Assembly (NCBI GenBank): GCA_017628875.1
Contig: JAGBYG010000162.1
Span: 1-43,939 of the forward strand
DNA length: 43,939 nucleotides
From: Clostridia bacterium
Lineage (GTDB): Bacteria > Bacillota > Clostridia > Oscillospirales > CAG-272
Reading direction: 5' to 3'
Positions 8,266 through 17,617 of the stretch are shown piece after piece; position 1 is the stretch's first letter; each line of letters opens with the position of its first letter. The position numbers were made by a program, and so were the translations under genes. Below the pieces are notes generated by a model. It was not told the DNA's origin, did no database searches, and was given only the letters and a program-made list of their open reading frames with translations.

Positions 8266-8857
8266 AAAAGATAAAAAACGTACTGCGAGAGCCAGAAGAA
8301 TAAGAAACTCTGGAGAATATGTGGATGTTAGTTTTACTATTAAGCAAATGGAAAAAATGATTGATGAAAAGCTCCAATCAATGAAGTTTTTTATTCCTTT
8401 TGTGTTAACTATCGTTACTTCATTGCTTGCTTATTTATTTACAACAACCTCAAATGCTTTTGATGATTATATATACATAATAGTAGCGTATCTTTTGCTG
8501 TGTTTGGGTTCAATTTTGCGTGCATATAAGCCATCAAACAGATATATAGGAAAAGAAAGCTGGTTTAAATTTGAGAAAAAACTAAAAAGAAATTTGGAAT
8601 TTTATCCAGATATTCAACCTTGGAATATGGAAAGCTATATTAATTTAAGTGATACTGAGTTTATTACTCGTTTGGAAAAGTTTGTAAGTAGAAAGCTATA
8701 TCAAGATGAATTGATGTCAGCTCAATTTCTTAAACAAAAAATAAATGAGTATAGGTACAAAAAACGCAACATTTCCATATCTTACACAGTGATAATTGTG
8801 GGAGCATTGGCATTAGCTTTGCTTTTTGCTATTGAATATGTTTGGAGCGTAATGTAG
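8258..8857 (+). CDS. Hypothetical membrane protein (about 3 TM segments) between hsdM and hsdS
   Basis: 199-aa ORF overlapping the hsdM stop; two N-proximal and one C-terminal hydrophobic segments; AT-rich. Confidence 0.75.
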   Translation: MDRKDKKRTARARRIRNSGEYVDVSFTIKQMEKMIDEKLQSMKFFIPFVLTIVTSLLAYLFTTTSNAFDDYIYIIVAYLLLCLGSILRAYKPSNRYIGKESWFKFEKKLKRNLEFYPDIQPWNMESYINLSDTEFITRLEKFVSRKLYQDELMSAQFLKQKINEYRYKKRNISISYTVIIVGALALALLFAIEYVWSVM

Positions 8858-8865
8858 AGGTGAAT

Positions 8866-9972
8866 ATGGCAAGATTAGGTGATTATATAGAACAAATTCG
8901 GGGAGTATCATACAAACCAGAAGATGTTTGTTCATCAACGGATATAGATGCTGTAGCAATTCTTCGTGCTAATAATATTCAGGATGATGAATTAAATTTT
9001 GATGATTTAGTTTATGTTAGGAAAAGCAAAGTTCACGAGAAGCAATATATCCAAAAAGGGGATATCGTTGTTTGTGCATCGAGTGGAAGCAAAAACTTGG
9101 TTGGAAAAGCAGCTGTAGCTAAAGAGAATATGCAGATTTCCTTTGGAGCATTTTGTAAAGTTGTACGTCCTACGGGACTTTTACCAGGTTATGTGGGTCA
9201 TTTCTTTCAAAGTCCTAAATATAGAAGCACAATTTCCGATTTATCTGGCGGTGCGAATATAAATAATATTCGAAATGAACATATTGATGAGTTGGATATT
9301 GTAATTGTTTCCGAAGAAGAACAAGAAAAAATTATAAACGAACTTGACGCAATAAGCAACTTGATTTCCCTCCGCAAACAGCAACTTGCAAAATTGGACG
9401 AGCTTGTAAAATCCCGATTTGTCGAGATGTTTGGGGATTATAGAATTAACAACAAAGGATTTAATTGTAAAAAGGGTAGTGAGTTGTTTAAGTTTTCTTC
9501 AGGTAAGTTTTTGCCCGAAGAGAAAAGGCTTGAAAGTGGTATTCCTGTATATGGTGGAAATGGAATTGCTTGGTATACAGAAGAAGCTCTTATAGACTTT
9601 TCCACCATTATTATCGGTCGTGTTGGCGCTCAATGTGGTAACATTCATGCGGTAACTACTCCAGTTTGGATTACTGATAATGCTATCTATATTAAAGAGC
9701 AGAAGACAAAGGCATATACATTAGAGTTTTTGACTGAACTTATGCGAATGATGAATTTCTATCAGTATGCTGATTTTTCTGGACAACCGAAAATCACGCA
9801 GAAACCTTTGGAAACATTAGAGTATATTATCCCTCCAATTGAACTTCAAAAAGAATACACCGCCTTCGTCGAACAAATCGACAAATCGAAATTTGAAATT
9901 CAAAAGAGCTTAAATCAGCTCGAAATACTAAAAAAAGCATTAATGCAAAAATATTTTGGGGAAGGAGTATAA
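8866..9972 (+). CDS. hsdS: Type I R-M specificity subunit
   Basis: Two TRDs separated by LDELVKSRFVEMFGD; C-terminus LKKALMQKYFG; GAGGTG RBS before ATG 8866. Confidence 0.93.
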   Translation: MARLGDYIEQIRGVSYKPEDVCSSTDIDAVAILRANNIQDDELNFDDLVYVRKSKVHEKQYIQKGDIVVCASSGSKNLVGKAAVAKENMQISFGAFCKVVRPTGLLPGYVGHFFQSPKYRSTISDLSGGANINNIRNEHIDELDIVIVSEEEQEKIINELDAISNLISLRKQQLAKLDELVKSRFVEMFGDYRINNKGFNCKKGSELFKFSSGKFLPEEKRLESGIPVYGGNGIAWYTEEALIDFSTIIIGRVGAQCGNIHAVTTPVWITDNAIYIKEQKTKAYTLEFLTELMRMMNFYQYADFSGQPKITQKPLETLEYIIPPIELQKEYTAFVEQIDKSKFEIQKSLNQLEILKKALMQKYFGEGV

Positions 9973-9975
9973 AAA

Positions 9976-10902
9976 ATGAGGTCTATTATTAAATTATCTA
10001 TCTTTGTGTTCTTTTCTATATTTGCAGCAGCTTTTCTATTTTTGCACTTATTTATGAATATTTTTATTCAGTTTGAATTAATATCAGATGAAATGGCGGT
10101 TTATATTTCCTTAATAATATCAATAATTTTAGCAATTGTTTCTGTAATAGTTTTTTTACTGGATATCAAAGCAGAAAAGAAAACCAAAATAGGACATTGG
10201 ATGCAAATTTATACCTCTAAGATTGTATTAGGATATATATTCTTGATTTTGTTTTTCGCATCGTTTAAATCAGAAGTGTTTTTAACTAAAGAGGTGGCAA
10301 GAGAATTGCTATCATTGGAATGGGTTATTTTGGGGATATCAATAGCTATATTTTTAATTTGGAATGTTAAGGTTATAGATTATTTGGAGAAGAAAAAGCC
10401 AACAAAACCTCAAGATTGTTTGCCAACCCAAAAAATGATTTATATACAAGCAAAAGAAAATTTTTACTTTGATTGTACTATGTTGCTAAAAAATATATAC
10501 TTATTGATTGCAAATATGATGATTGTTTGTGCTGCTACAGCGGCTGTATATTTATCATCAAAAGGAATGAACTTATTCACTCAAACTATATTAGTTTTTG
10601 GATTGTTTTTGTCTACTAACACTATTATTGGATTAATTTTTGACATATTGAAAATGTTCAGTGAAAAAAAGAATGAAATGTTAAAAGAAGCGAAGACCAC
10701 AATTTCTGATGTGGAACTTCAAAACGCAATACTTAAAGATGCAGATGAACTTCTCTTGATAGCAGAAAAAATACAGAATTCTCAAAGTATTGATGAAACA
10801 CAAAGAGCATTACTGATATCTGAATTAATTATAAACTTTAAAACCAAATACAATGATGAATCGAATGATAAAGACTTAATTCACAGGGATAACGAAAATT
10901 AA
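9976..10902 (+). CDS. Hypothetical multi-pass membrane protein (about 6 TM segments)
   Basis: 308-aa ORF with GAAGGAG RBS and several hydrophobic segments; very AT-rich. Confidence 0.75.
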   Translation: MRSIIKLSIFVFFSIFAAAFLFLHLFMNIFIQFELISDEMAVYISLIISIILAIVSVIVFLLDIKAEKKTKIGHWMQIYTSKIVLGYIFLILFFASFKSEVFLTKEVARELLSLEWVILGISIAIFLIWNVKVIDYLEKKKPTKPQDCLPTQKMIYIQAKENFYFDCTMLLKNIYLLIANMMIVCAATAAVYLSSKGMNLFTQTILVFGLFLSTNTIIGLIFDILKMFSEKKNEMLKEAKTTISDVELQNAILKDADELLLIAEKIQNSQSIDETQRALLISELIINFKTKYNDESNDKDLIHRDNEN

Positions 10903-10910
10903 TTTTATCG

Positions 10911-10948
10911 CTAAAAAACATTAACACAAAAATATTTTGGGAAAAGGA
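10911..10948 (+). repeat. Degenerate intergenic copy of the hsdS 3' end
   Basis: CTAAAAAACATTAACACAAAAATATTTTGGGAAAAGGA vs hsdS 9928-9966 CTAAAAAAAGCATTAATGCAAAAATATTTTGGGGAAGGA; 15-bp identical core. Confidence 0.8.
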
Positions 10949-10956
10949 AAATTATT

Positions 10957-11328
10957 ATGGATAGTTTAATTGATATAAAATCAAGCCTTTCGGATATGTT
11001 TGAAGAAATCGACACACGAAATTATTATTTGGCAGATTGGAAATATGAAAAAATCAAAGAAGAAATAGAGCAATTTCAAACCAATCTTTCTGATGAAATG
11101 GACGTAGGTGTAGCATTAGCATCTTTTGGGACAAATATGATAATGCAAGTTATTGATATAGAATATCAAAATCCAGATTTGCTATATTTTCACGGTTATA
11201 TAAATGGTAATCGTGCCGAATTAATTCAACATGTGTCGCAACTTAATTTTGTCTTGATGGCAATAAAAAAAGATGATCCTAAACGTCCTGCAAGAAGAAT
11301 TGGATTTATCACCGATGATGAAGTATAA
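10957..11328 (+). CDS. DUF6173-like protein
   Basis: LASFG...YQNPDLLYFHG...LIQHVSQLNFVL...RRIGF pattern, recognised from memory of this family. Confidence 0.75.
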   Translation: MDSLIDIKSSLSDMFEEIDTRNYYLADWKYEKIKEEIEQFQTNLSDEMDVGVALASFGTNMIMQVIDIEYQNPDLLYFHGYINGNRAELIQHVSQLNFVLMAIKKDDPKRPARRIGFITDDEV

Positions 11329-11381
11329 TGGCTTTAGTTAGCTGGATTTCAACACTATTTTGGATGGAAAGGTAAAAACAA

Positions 11382-12620
11382 ATGAAAAAGAGAAAAATAG
11401 CTAAAAAATCTCTATATAAGTTAAAAAGAATGATAAAAAAGCGTCATAATAGAAGACGATTTTCAAAATTACAGAGAGTGATATTTCAATGTGTTTTGTT
11501 TTTGGGTTGGGCTACATTTATTAACTACTTGGTTTCTAATACGGCACCTTTTCTTGAGCAATATGTACCCACTGAGAATGAAAGTTGGGCAGTCGCCTTG
11601 ATTGCATTACCAGTAGCATTTTTAGGAATTTGGCTATCCATTTATTTGCCTTGTTTGACAAAATATAACAGTTGTTTTGCAAATAAGACATTGAATTCTA
11701 TATACAGTAAAACATTACATTGGTTTGATTTTCAATCTTTTTTTGTGCTTAGATTTTCATTTGATTTTCTATTATGGTCAGTTGCTTTCTTTGGATTAAT
11801 GTATACAAAAATGATAGCATATTCTTTTGTTATGGCGATTGATTTGCTATATCTAATTTGTTTTACTGTTTGGAAATATAAGCAACGCCCTTGTAACATT
11901 TATATGAGTAATATTATGAAATCTTATTTTCAGTCTATATCTAAATATTCAAGTCAACAGTTAGAAAATATTAATAAGTTAATCAATGAAGATAAACTTG
12001 ATGAGGCGCAAAAGGAAGAAAAATATATTCATTTTTCTTTTTGGCAAGAGATAGACGAATTAATGTTATCTATCATTACTGACAAAAATAATAATGAAGA
12101 AAAAGATGCTTTCATATGCATTTTTTCCGAGTTGCTCAAACTTCCTTTTCAAGAAGCCAACGGACTGATTATTGACAACTATATTAACCGAGCTGCGGTT
12201 ATATTCGAGCATTCTATAGATGTTGGAGACTATTTATATGCTAAAAAAATATCGGATTTGGTATTTGAAGCTTGGTATAATTATCTTGAAAAGATATGTA
12301 ATTATTTAGAGGAATATATTAAACATTCCCAAAATATACAAGAAAATTATAAGTATTTATATTTGAATGAATTGGAAGAATATGTGTGCGTTGAGACTGA
12401 GATAGGGTGTCAATTTAATGTTATATATAAAATTTTTAAGTTACATAATAGTAGTATATTGACGCTTATAAAAAACTCAAAGAATAATGTTATTACAAGT
12501 GAATATATTAGCAATTGGCACACCGAAGAAGCATTTTTGTGTTTATGTGCCTTGCGCGAAAAACAGTTGGACAAAATTAATGATGCTCTAAAATCTAATA
12601 TAAGAGAGGTATTGAAATGA
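11382..12620 (+). CDS. Hypothetical protein with about 4 N-terminal TM segments and a helical C-terminal domain
   Basis: 412-aa AT-rich ORF whose stop overlaps the hsdR start (ATGA). Confidence 0.75.
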   Translation: MKKRKIAKKSLYKLKRMIKKRHNRRRFSKLQRVIFQCVLFLGWATFINYLVSNTAPFLEQYVPTENESWAVALIALPVAFLGIWLSIYLPCLTKYNSCFANKTLNSIYSKTLHWFDFQSFFVLRFSFDFLLWSVAFFGLMYTKMIAYSFVMAIDLLYLICFTVWKYKQRPCNIYMSNIMKSYFQSISKYSSQQLENINKLINEDKLDEAQKEEKYIHFSFWQEIDELMLSIITDKNNNEEKDAFICIFSELLKLPFQEANGLIIDNYINRAAVIFEHSIDVGDYLYAKKISDLVFEAWYNYLEKICNYLEEYIKHSQNIQENYKYLYLNELEEYVCVETEIGCQFNVIYKIFKLHNSSILTLIKNSKNNVITSEYISNWHTEEAFLCLCALREKQLDKINDALKSNIREVLK

Positions 12621-15600
12621 CCAACTTCGATTTCTTAGAAAAGAACCCCGATTTTGACGCGTTTAGTGACGTGGCGATATCGGCGGAGAAATTATTACAT
12701 ATAGACATTGATGCCTGTGTTATAAACTGTCGCAGGGCGATGGAGTTTGCGATCAAGTGGATGTATTCCGTTGACCGTGATCTCGTTATGCCTTATCAGG
12801 ACAACCTTGTTTCACTTATGAACGAGGACAGCTTCAGGCATTTGATTGGCAACGATATTTGGCGACGTATTGAGTACATTCGCAAGCTTGGTAACAATGC
12901 GGCGCACGGTGGCAAAAAGATTACGCGCGAGCAAGCAGAACTGTGTATTGAAAACCTTTTTGTGTTCCTTGATTGTCTTGCGTGCTACTATTCTGCAGAC
13001 TACGAGGAGCAAGGGTTTGACAAGTCTTTGCTTGAGCTTACAGTTGAAGAAGCGGTTTCGTTTGTTCCCGATGTTGATATTGATATCAATCAGCTTATAG
13101 AAGAAAACAAGGCGCTCAAAATGGAGCTCACCGCCCGCCGTGCCGAACAACAACAGACATATGTGCCGAAGCCACTTGATCTTTCTGAATACAAAACGAG
13201 AAAGATTTATATTGACGTTATGCTTCAAGATGCGGGCTGGAGTGAGGGCAAGGACTGGATAAACGAGGTTGAGCTCTACGGAATGCCCAACAAGAGTGAG
13301 GTGGGATATGCCGATTATGTTCTCTATGGTGACGATGGCAAGCCCCTTGCGCTGATTGAGGCAAAGCGTACTTGCGTTGACGTTTCCAAGGGCAGACAGC
13401 AGGCAAAGCTATATGCCGATCTTTTGGAGCAGAAATACGGTCGCAGGCCGATAATCTTCCTCTCCAACGGCTTTGACACGCACATTTGGGACGACAAACA
13501 TTATCCCGAGCGCAAGGTAGCGGCCATTTATTCAAAGCGCGATCTTGAAAAGCTTTTCAATCTTCACACTATGCGCACAAGCCTTAAAAACGTGATGGTG
13601 GACAAGCACATTGCGGGACGTTATTATCAAGAGGGAGCAATCAAGGCGATTTGTGAGGCGTTTGACAAGAAAAATCGCAGAAAAGCACTTCTTGTTATGG
13701 CAACCGGTTCGGGTAAAACGAGAACCGTTATTGCTCTTTGCAAGGTGTTACTTGATCACAGTTGGGTAAAGAATATTTTGTTCCTTGCCGACCGAAATTC
13801 ACTTGTTACACAGGCAAAGCGTAGCTTTGTCAATATGTTGCCCGATCTCTCGGTTACTAACCTTTGCGAAGATAAGGATAACTTTGATGCGCGCTGCGTA
13901 TTTTCTACCTATCAAACAATGATGAATTGCATTGATACAATCAAAGATGAGAACGAAAGAAAGCTTTTTACCGTTGGGCACTTTGACCTTGTTATCGTTG
14001 ATGAAGCGCACCGTTCAATTTATAACAAATATAAGGATATTTTCAATTATTTCGATGCTCCGTTGGTAGGTTTAACAGCTACACCCAAGGACGAGATTGA
14101 CAAGAATACTTATGAGATATTTGAGCTTGAAAACGGTGTTCCTACCTATGGTTACGAGCTTGCTCAAGCAGTTACTGACGGATTTCTTGTTGATTTTGTA
14201 TCCGTTGAAAGCAAGCTGAAATTTATTGAGCAAGGAATTGTATATGATGACCTTTCCGAAACGGATAAAGAAGCATATGAAAATACATTTGAGGACGAAA
14301 ACGGAGATTTGCCCGAAAGTATTGCTTCATCTGCAATTAACGAGTGGGTATTTAATGAAGATACTATTCGTCAAGTGCTTCATATTCTTATGAGTGACGG
14401 TTTGCGCGTGGATTACGGTGAAAAGCTTGGTAAAACCATTATTTTTGCTAAAAATCACGAGCACGCGGAGAAAATTCACGAGATATTTGGCAAGGAATAT
14501 CCTCATTTGCCCGGTTATACAAAGGTAATCGACAACTATATGACCTATGCGCAAAGTGCGATTGACGAATTTTCAAATCCCACGAAAATGCCTCAAATTG
14601 CAATTTCCGTTGATATGCTTGACACAGGTATTGACGTGCCCGAGGTTCTTAATCTTGTTTTCTTTAAGAAGGTTATGAGTAAGGCAAAGTTTTGGCAGAT
14701 GATAGGCCGTGGAACTCGTCGTTGTGACGGACTTATGGACGGTAAGGATAAGGATAAATTCTATATCTTTGATTTTTGCGGCAACTTCGAATTTTTCCGT
14801 ATGAACAACGGACGTCCTACAGCAAACTTGATTGCGTTGCAAGGAGCTATATTCAAATTGAAGGCGCAAATTGCATATAAATTGCAGGATCTTGTATATC
14901 AAATTCCCGATTTGATTGATTTCCGTAAATCTTTGGTAGATGATATGGTGCGCAAGGTTAAGGAGCTAAATAAAGAAAATTTTGCTGTTCGTCAGCATTT
15001 GCGTTACGTCGAGAAGTATTCAAATGAAGAAAATTATAATGTTCTTACATATGAGGATACTCTTTTGATGTCTCAAGAACTTGCCCCTCTGATTACTCCT
15101 GATGAGGACGAGGCGTCAGCTGTACGATTTGATGCCTTGATGTATGGAATTGAGCTTGCATATCTTGCGGGTAAAAAATATTCTCGCGCTCGTACCGACT
15201 TGTACAAAAAGGTTAGTGGAATTGCAAGCGTAGCGAACATTCCCGAGATTATGGCCAAATCCGAACTTATTAATAAAATTTTACACACGGATTATATTGA
15301 TAATGCCGGTATTAACGAATTTGAATATATCCGTGAAAATCTTCGTGATTTGGTGAAATACATTCCTAAAAGACGCATAAAATATATCACTAATTTCGAT
15401 GAGGAAATTTTGAACGTTGAATGGAACGATTCCGAATTGGAGAATGACGATCTCAAAAACTATAAAGCTAAAGCGGAATATTACATTCGTCAACATCAAG
15501 ATGAATACGTTATTGCTAAACTTAGAAAGAATATTCCTCTGAATGAAGATGATATTAAGACACTTGAAAATATCTTGTGGAGTGAAGTCGGAAGCAAAAA

Positions 15601-15913
15601 GGAATATGAAGCTGAATATGGCCAAAAGCCTCTCGGTGAGCTTGTCCGAGAAATCGTTGGTCTTGATATGGCGGCAGCAAAAGAAGCCTTTGCAGAATAT
15701 TTGAACAGTGTAAATCTTGATGCAAATCAAATTTATTTTGTAAACCAAATTATAGAATATATAGTTCACAATGGTATTTTAAAGGACTTTACAGTTCTTC
15801 AAGAGCCGCCATTTACTGATAAAGGTAGTATTGTTGAAATATTCACCGATGTTTCTGTGTGGTTCGGTTTACGAAAAGTAATTGACCAAATTAATAGAAA
15901 TGCTGCGGCATAA
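12617..15913 (+). CDS. hsdR: Type I R-M restriction subunit (EcoAI/EcoEI-like architecture)
   Basis: ADYVL...IEAKR nuclease motif; MATGSGKT, DEAHRS, TATP and QMIGRGTR helicase motifs. Confidence 0.96.
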   Translation: MTNFDFLEKNPDFDAFSDVAISAEKLLHIDIDACVINCRRAMEFAIKWMYSVDRDLVMPYQDNLVSLMNEDSFRHLIGNDIWRRIEYIRKLGNNAAHGGKKITREQAELCIENLFVFLDCLACYYSADYEEQGFDKSLLELTVEEAVSFVPDVDIDINQLIEENKALKMELTARRAEQQQTYVPKPLDLSEYKTRKIYIDVMLQDAGWSEGKDWINEVELYGMPNKSEVGYADYVLYGDDGKPLALIEAKRTCVDVSKGRQQAKLYADLLEQKYGRRPIIFLSNGFDTHIWDDKHYPERKVAAIYSKRDLEKLFNLHTMRTSLKNVMVDKHIAGRYYQEGAIKAICEAFDKKNRRKALLVMATGSGKTRTVIALCKVLLDHSWVKNILFLADRNSLVTQAKRSFVNMLPDLSVTNLCEDKDNFDARCVFSTYQTMMNCIDTIKDENERKLFTVGHFDLVIVDEAHRSIYNKYKDIFNYFDAPLVGLTATPKDEIDKNTYEIFELENGVPTYGYELAQAVTDGFLVDFVSVESKLKFIEQGIVYDDLSETDKEAYENTFEDENGDLPESIASSAINEWVFNEDTIRQVLHILMSDGLRVDYGEKLGKTIIFAKNHEHAEKIHEIFGKEYPHLPGYTKVIDNYMTYAQSAIDEFSNPTKMPQIAISVDMLDTGIDVPEVLNLVFFKKVMSKAKFWQMIGRGTRRCDGLMDGKDKDKFYIFDFCGNFEFFRMNNGRPTANLIALQGAIFKLKAQIAYKLQDLVYQIPDLIDFRKSLVDDMVRKVKELNKENFAVRQHLRYVEKYSNEENYNVLTYEDTLLMSQELAPLITPDEDEASAVRFDALMYGIELAYLAGKKYSRARTDLYKKVSGIASVANIPEIMAKSELINKILHTDYIDNAGINEFEYIRENLRDLVKYIPKRRIKYITNFDEEILNVEWNDSELENDDLKNYKAKAEYYIRQHQDEYVIAKLRKNIPLNEDDIKTLENILWSEVGSKKEYEAEYGQKPLGELVREIVGLDMAAAKEAFAEYLNSVNLDANQIYFVNQIIEYIVHNGILKDFTVLQEPPFTDKGSIVEIFTDVSVWFGLRKVIDQINRNAAA

Positions 15914-15916
15914 TAC

Positions 15917-15945
15917 AAGGGACGAGGAGTAATCCTCGTCCCTTT
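15917..15945 (+). terminator. Terminator of the hsd operon
   Basis: AAGGGACGAGGA-gtaa-TCCTCGTCCCTT. Confidence 0.85.
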
Positions 15946-16048
15946 GCATTATTAACTAAAAACCTTGTATAGAAAAACGAGTTTATATTTTCATCTTTCA
16001 TAATTATAACAACGGCGATGTGCCGAAATTTTTATGAGAGGTGTTTAT

Positions 16049-16807
16049 ATGAGCTTTTTTATTATTCCGGGAGATATTTTTTCTTATGATTTGAAACCAA
16101 ATGAGATTGCGGTTTTTTCGTTTTTGTGTTCGTGCGCAGACAATAAGACTTTTGATTGTTTTCCAAGCGTTAAGAAGATTGCAAAAGCTTGCAATATGGG
16201 GCAATCTACCGTGAGGGCGGTAATTCACACCTTACAAGAAAAGGGTTTAATCAAAATCAAGTCTCAGTACAAGCCTATACCTGATAGCGACAAGCGCAGA
16301 CAAACGTCCAATCTATATCACGTATCGTTGCTTGAGGAGTGTCGCAAAGAGGAACGAGAAATGAGACAATTTTACAAATCTATGATGAGGACGGCACATA
16401 GGAAAGAGGGGGTGCCTCCAGGAAATAGAGACCAATTAACTAAACCTAATATAACTACGACCCGCATCGAAAACAAGCCTTCTGGTTCCCAAAAGTCTTG
16501 TTCTGATGCATCTATTTCTTCAAGCGAAACAGATTTTGCAATGCTTAGAGATACGTGTATTCAAGAACTTACCTACTATGGTGAAGAGCTGTCCTGTTGT
16601 GGTTGGATTGTTCGAGAGGCTTTGAACATTATATGGAACGATCTTGTATTTGATAGTGATAACCCCACTGTTCAAAGGAAGTTGATACTAAAACATCTGA
16701 ATGCTAAACTCGTGGTCAGGGTTTTGAACGGATTTGAAATAGATGGCGCCTATGATGTCACGCCGATGTCGCTATGTGGACCGTTGTACGAGGTGCTGGT
16801 TCGTTGA
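16049..16807 (+). CDS. HTH_36-type protein, possible replication initiator
   Basis: CFPSVKKIAKACNMGQSTVRAVIHTLQEKGLI...QTSNLY winged helix followed by a low-complexity linker. Confidence 0.7.
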   Translation: MSFFIIPGDIFSYDLKPNEIAVFSFLCSCADNKTFDCFPSVKKIAKACNMGQSTVRAVIHTLQEKGLIKIKSQYKPIPDSDKRRQTSNLYHVSLLEECRKEEREMRQFYKSMMRTAHRKEGVPPGNRDQLTKPNITTTRIENKPSGSQKSCSDASISSSETDFAMLRDTCIQELTYYGEELSCCGWIVREALNIIWNDLVFDSDNPTVQRKLILKHLNAKLVVRVLNGFEIDGAYDVTPMSLCGPLYEVLVR

Positions 16808-16995
16808 GGTAATGTGCGTTATTTATTTCCTCTCAACACAAGTGTGTGTTTGAATGGAGCGAATACTTTGAATGTTACAATATTATGATTTCTTACTGAG
16901 GTGTTACCCTAAATAGCATAATATTAGTAGTGAATATACAATGTTGGTATTGTGTATTATTAATATCTCTTTTTTCATTTGTTTTAAGTTGCCAG

Positions 16996-17022
16996 GCCCC
17001 AACCTTCTTGTAAGGTTGGGGC
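16996..17022. other. Stable intergenic hairpin
   Basis: GCCCCAACCTT-cttgt-AAGGTTGGGGC. Confidence 0.55.
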
Positions 17023-17143
17023 TTCGGCTTTTCGTGATGAGCGTATAATATATCCTTCATATTAGTATTAGGATATATACAGTGCAGGAGAATAACACAC
17101 CTATATGTCAAATATTTTTTGTTATGAAAGGAAAAACAAAACA

Positions 17144-17602
17144 ATGGAAAAACAAACAAACCAATCGTCTCTCGAGAGAGACCAACCGACTGAGCTTAAT
17201 CTCTGTCCCTGTTGTGCAGGGGAAGGTGAGATTGTATCAAACCCCGAGCAAAACGAACACTCAGTAGTGTGCAAATGTGGACACAAAATATCTGTGTACA
17301 ATCCAACACTTAATGAGTGGCAGTTGAACGTCTTGAAATCTTTGTGGAATATGTCCTTGGTTCAGATGGAGTTATCTCAAAAGACCAAAGATGCTCTAAA
17401 TCTTACAGACAATAGCTTGTTGGTATTCGATATCAGCAACTACACTTTGTTGAAGAGTTTCAACACGTTTCTTGATGCAATCACGTTTATGGAGCAACGT
17501 TTCAAAAAGGATATGTCCAGAAGCGTTTTATTCCAATTGCGTGAAAATCGTTTGGAATACATTATGGTAAGCGATGAGCTTTGGGAAGATTTAACGGATT
17601 AG
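17144..17602 (+). CDS. Lar-like zinc-finger protein with a C-terminal extension
   Basis: ELNLCPCCAGE...VVCKCG...LWN; RBS GAAAGGA before ATG 17144. Confidence 0.65.
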   Translation: MEKQTNQSSLERDQPTELNLCPCCAGEGEIVSNPEQNEHSVVCKCGHKISVYNPTLNEWQLNVLKSLWNMSLVQMELSQKTKDALNLTDNSLLVFDISNYTLLKSFNTFLDAITFMEQRFKKDMSRSVLFQLRENRLEYIMVSDELWEDLTD

Positions 17603-17617
17603 AAAGGAAAAAACACA

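Noticed and set aside
8836-8860. Possible copy of the hsdM 3' end after the first inserted gene (TTGGAGCGTAATGTAG vs TTGGAGGGGATGTTG)
   Set aside because: The match is too short and gapped to distinguish from chance.
8866-12620. Phase-variable hsdS shufflon
   Set aside because: Only one complete hsdS is present, with no inverted silent TRDs and no recombinase in the operon; only short direct 3'-end copies are seen.
16893-17267. ORFs 16893..17159 (-) and 17082..17267 (+)
   Set aside because: No motif support; they overlap the better-supported Lar-like gene and a hairpin.
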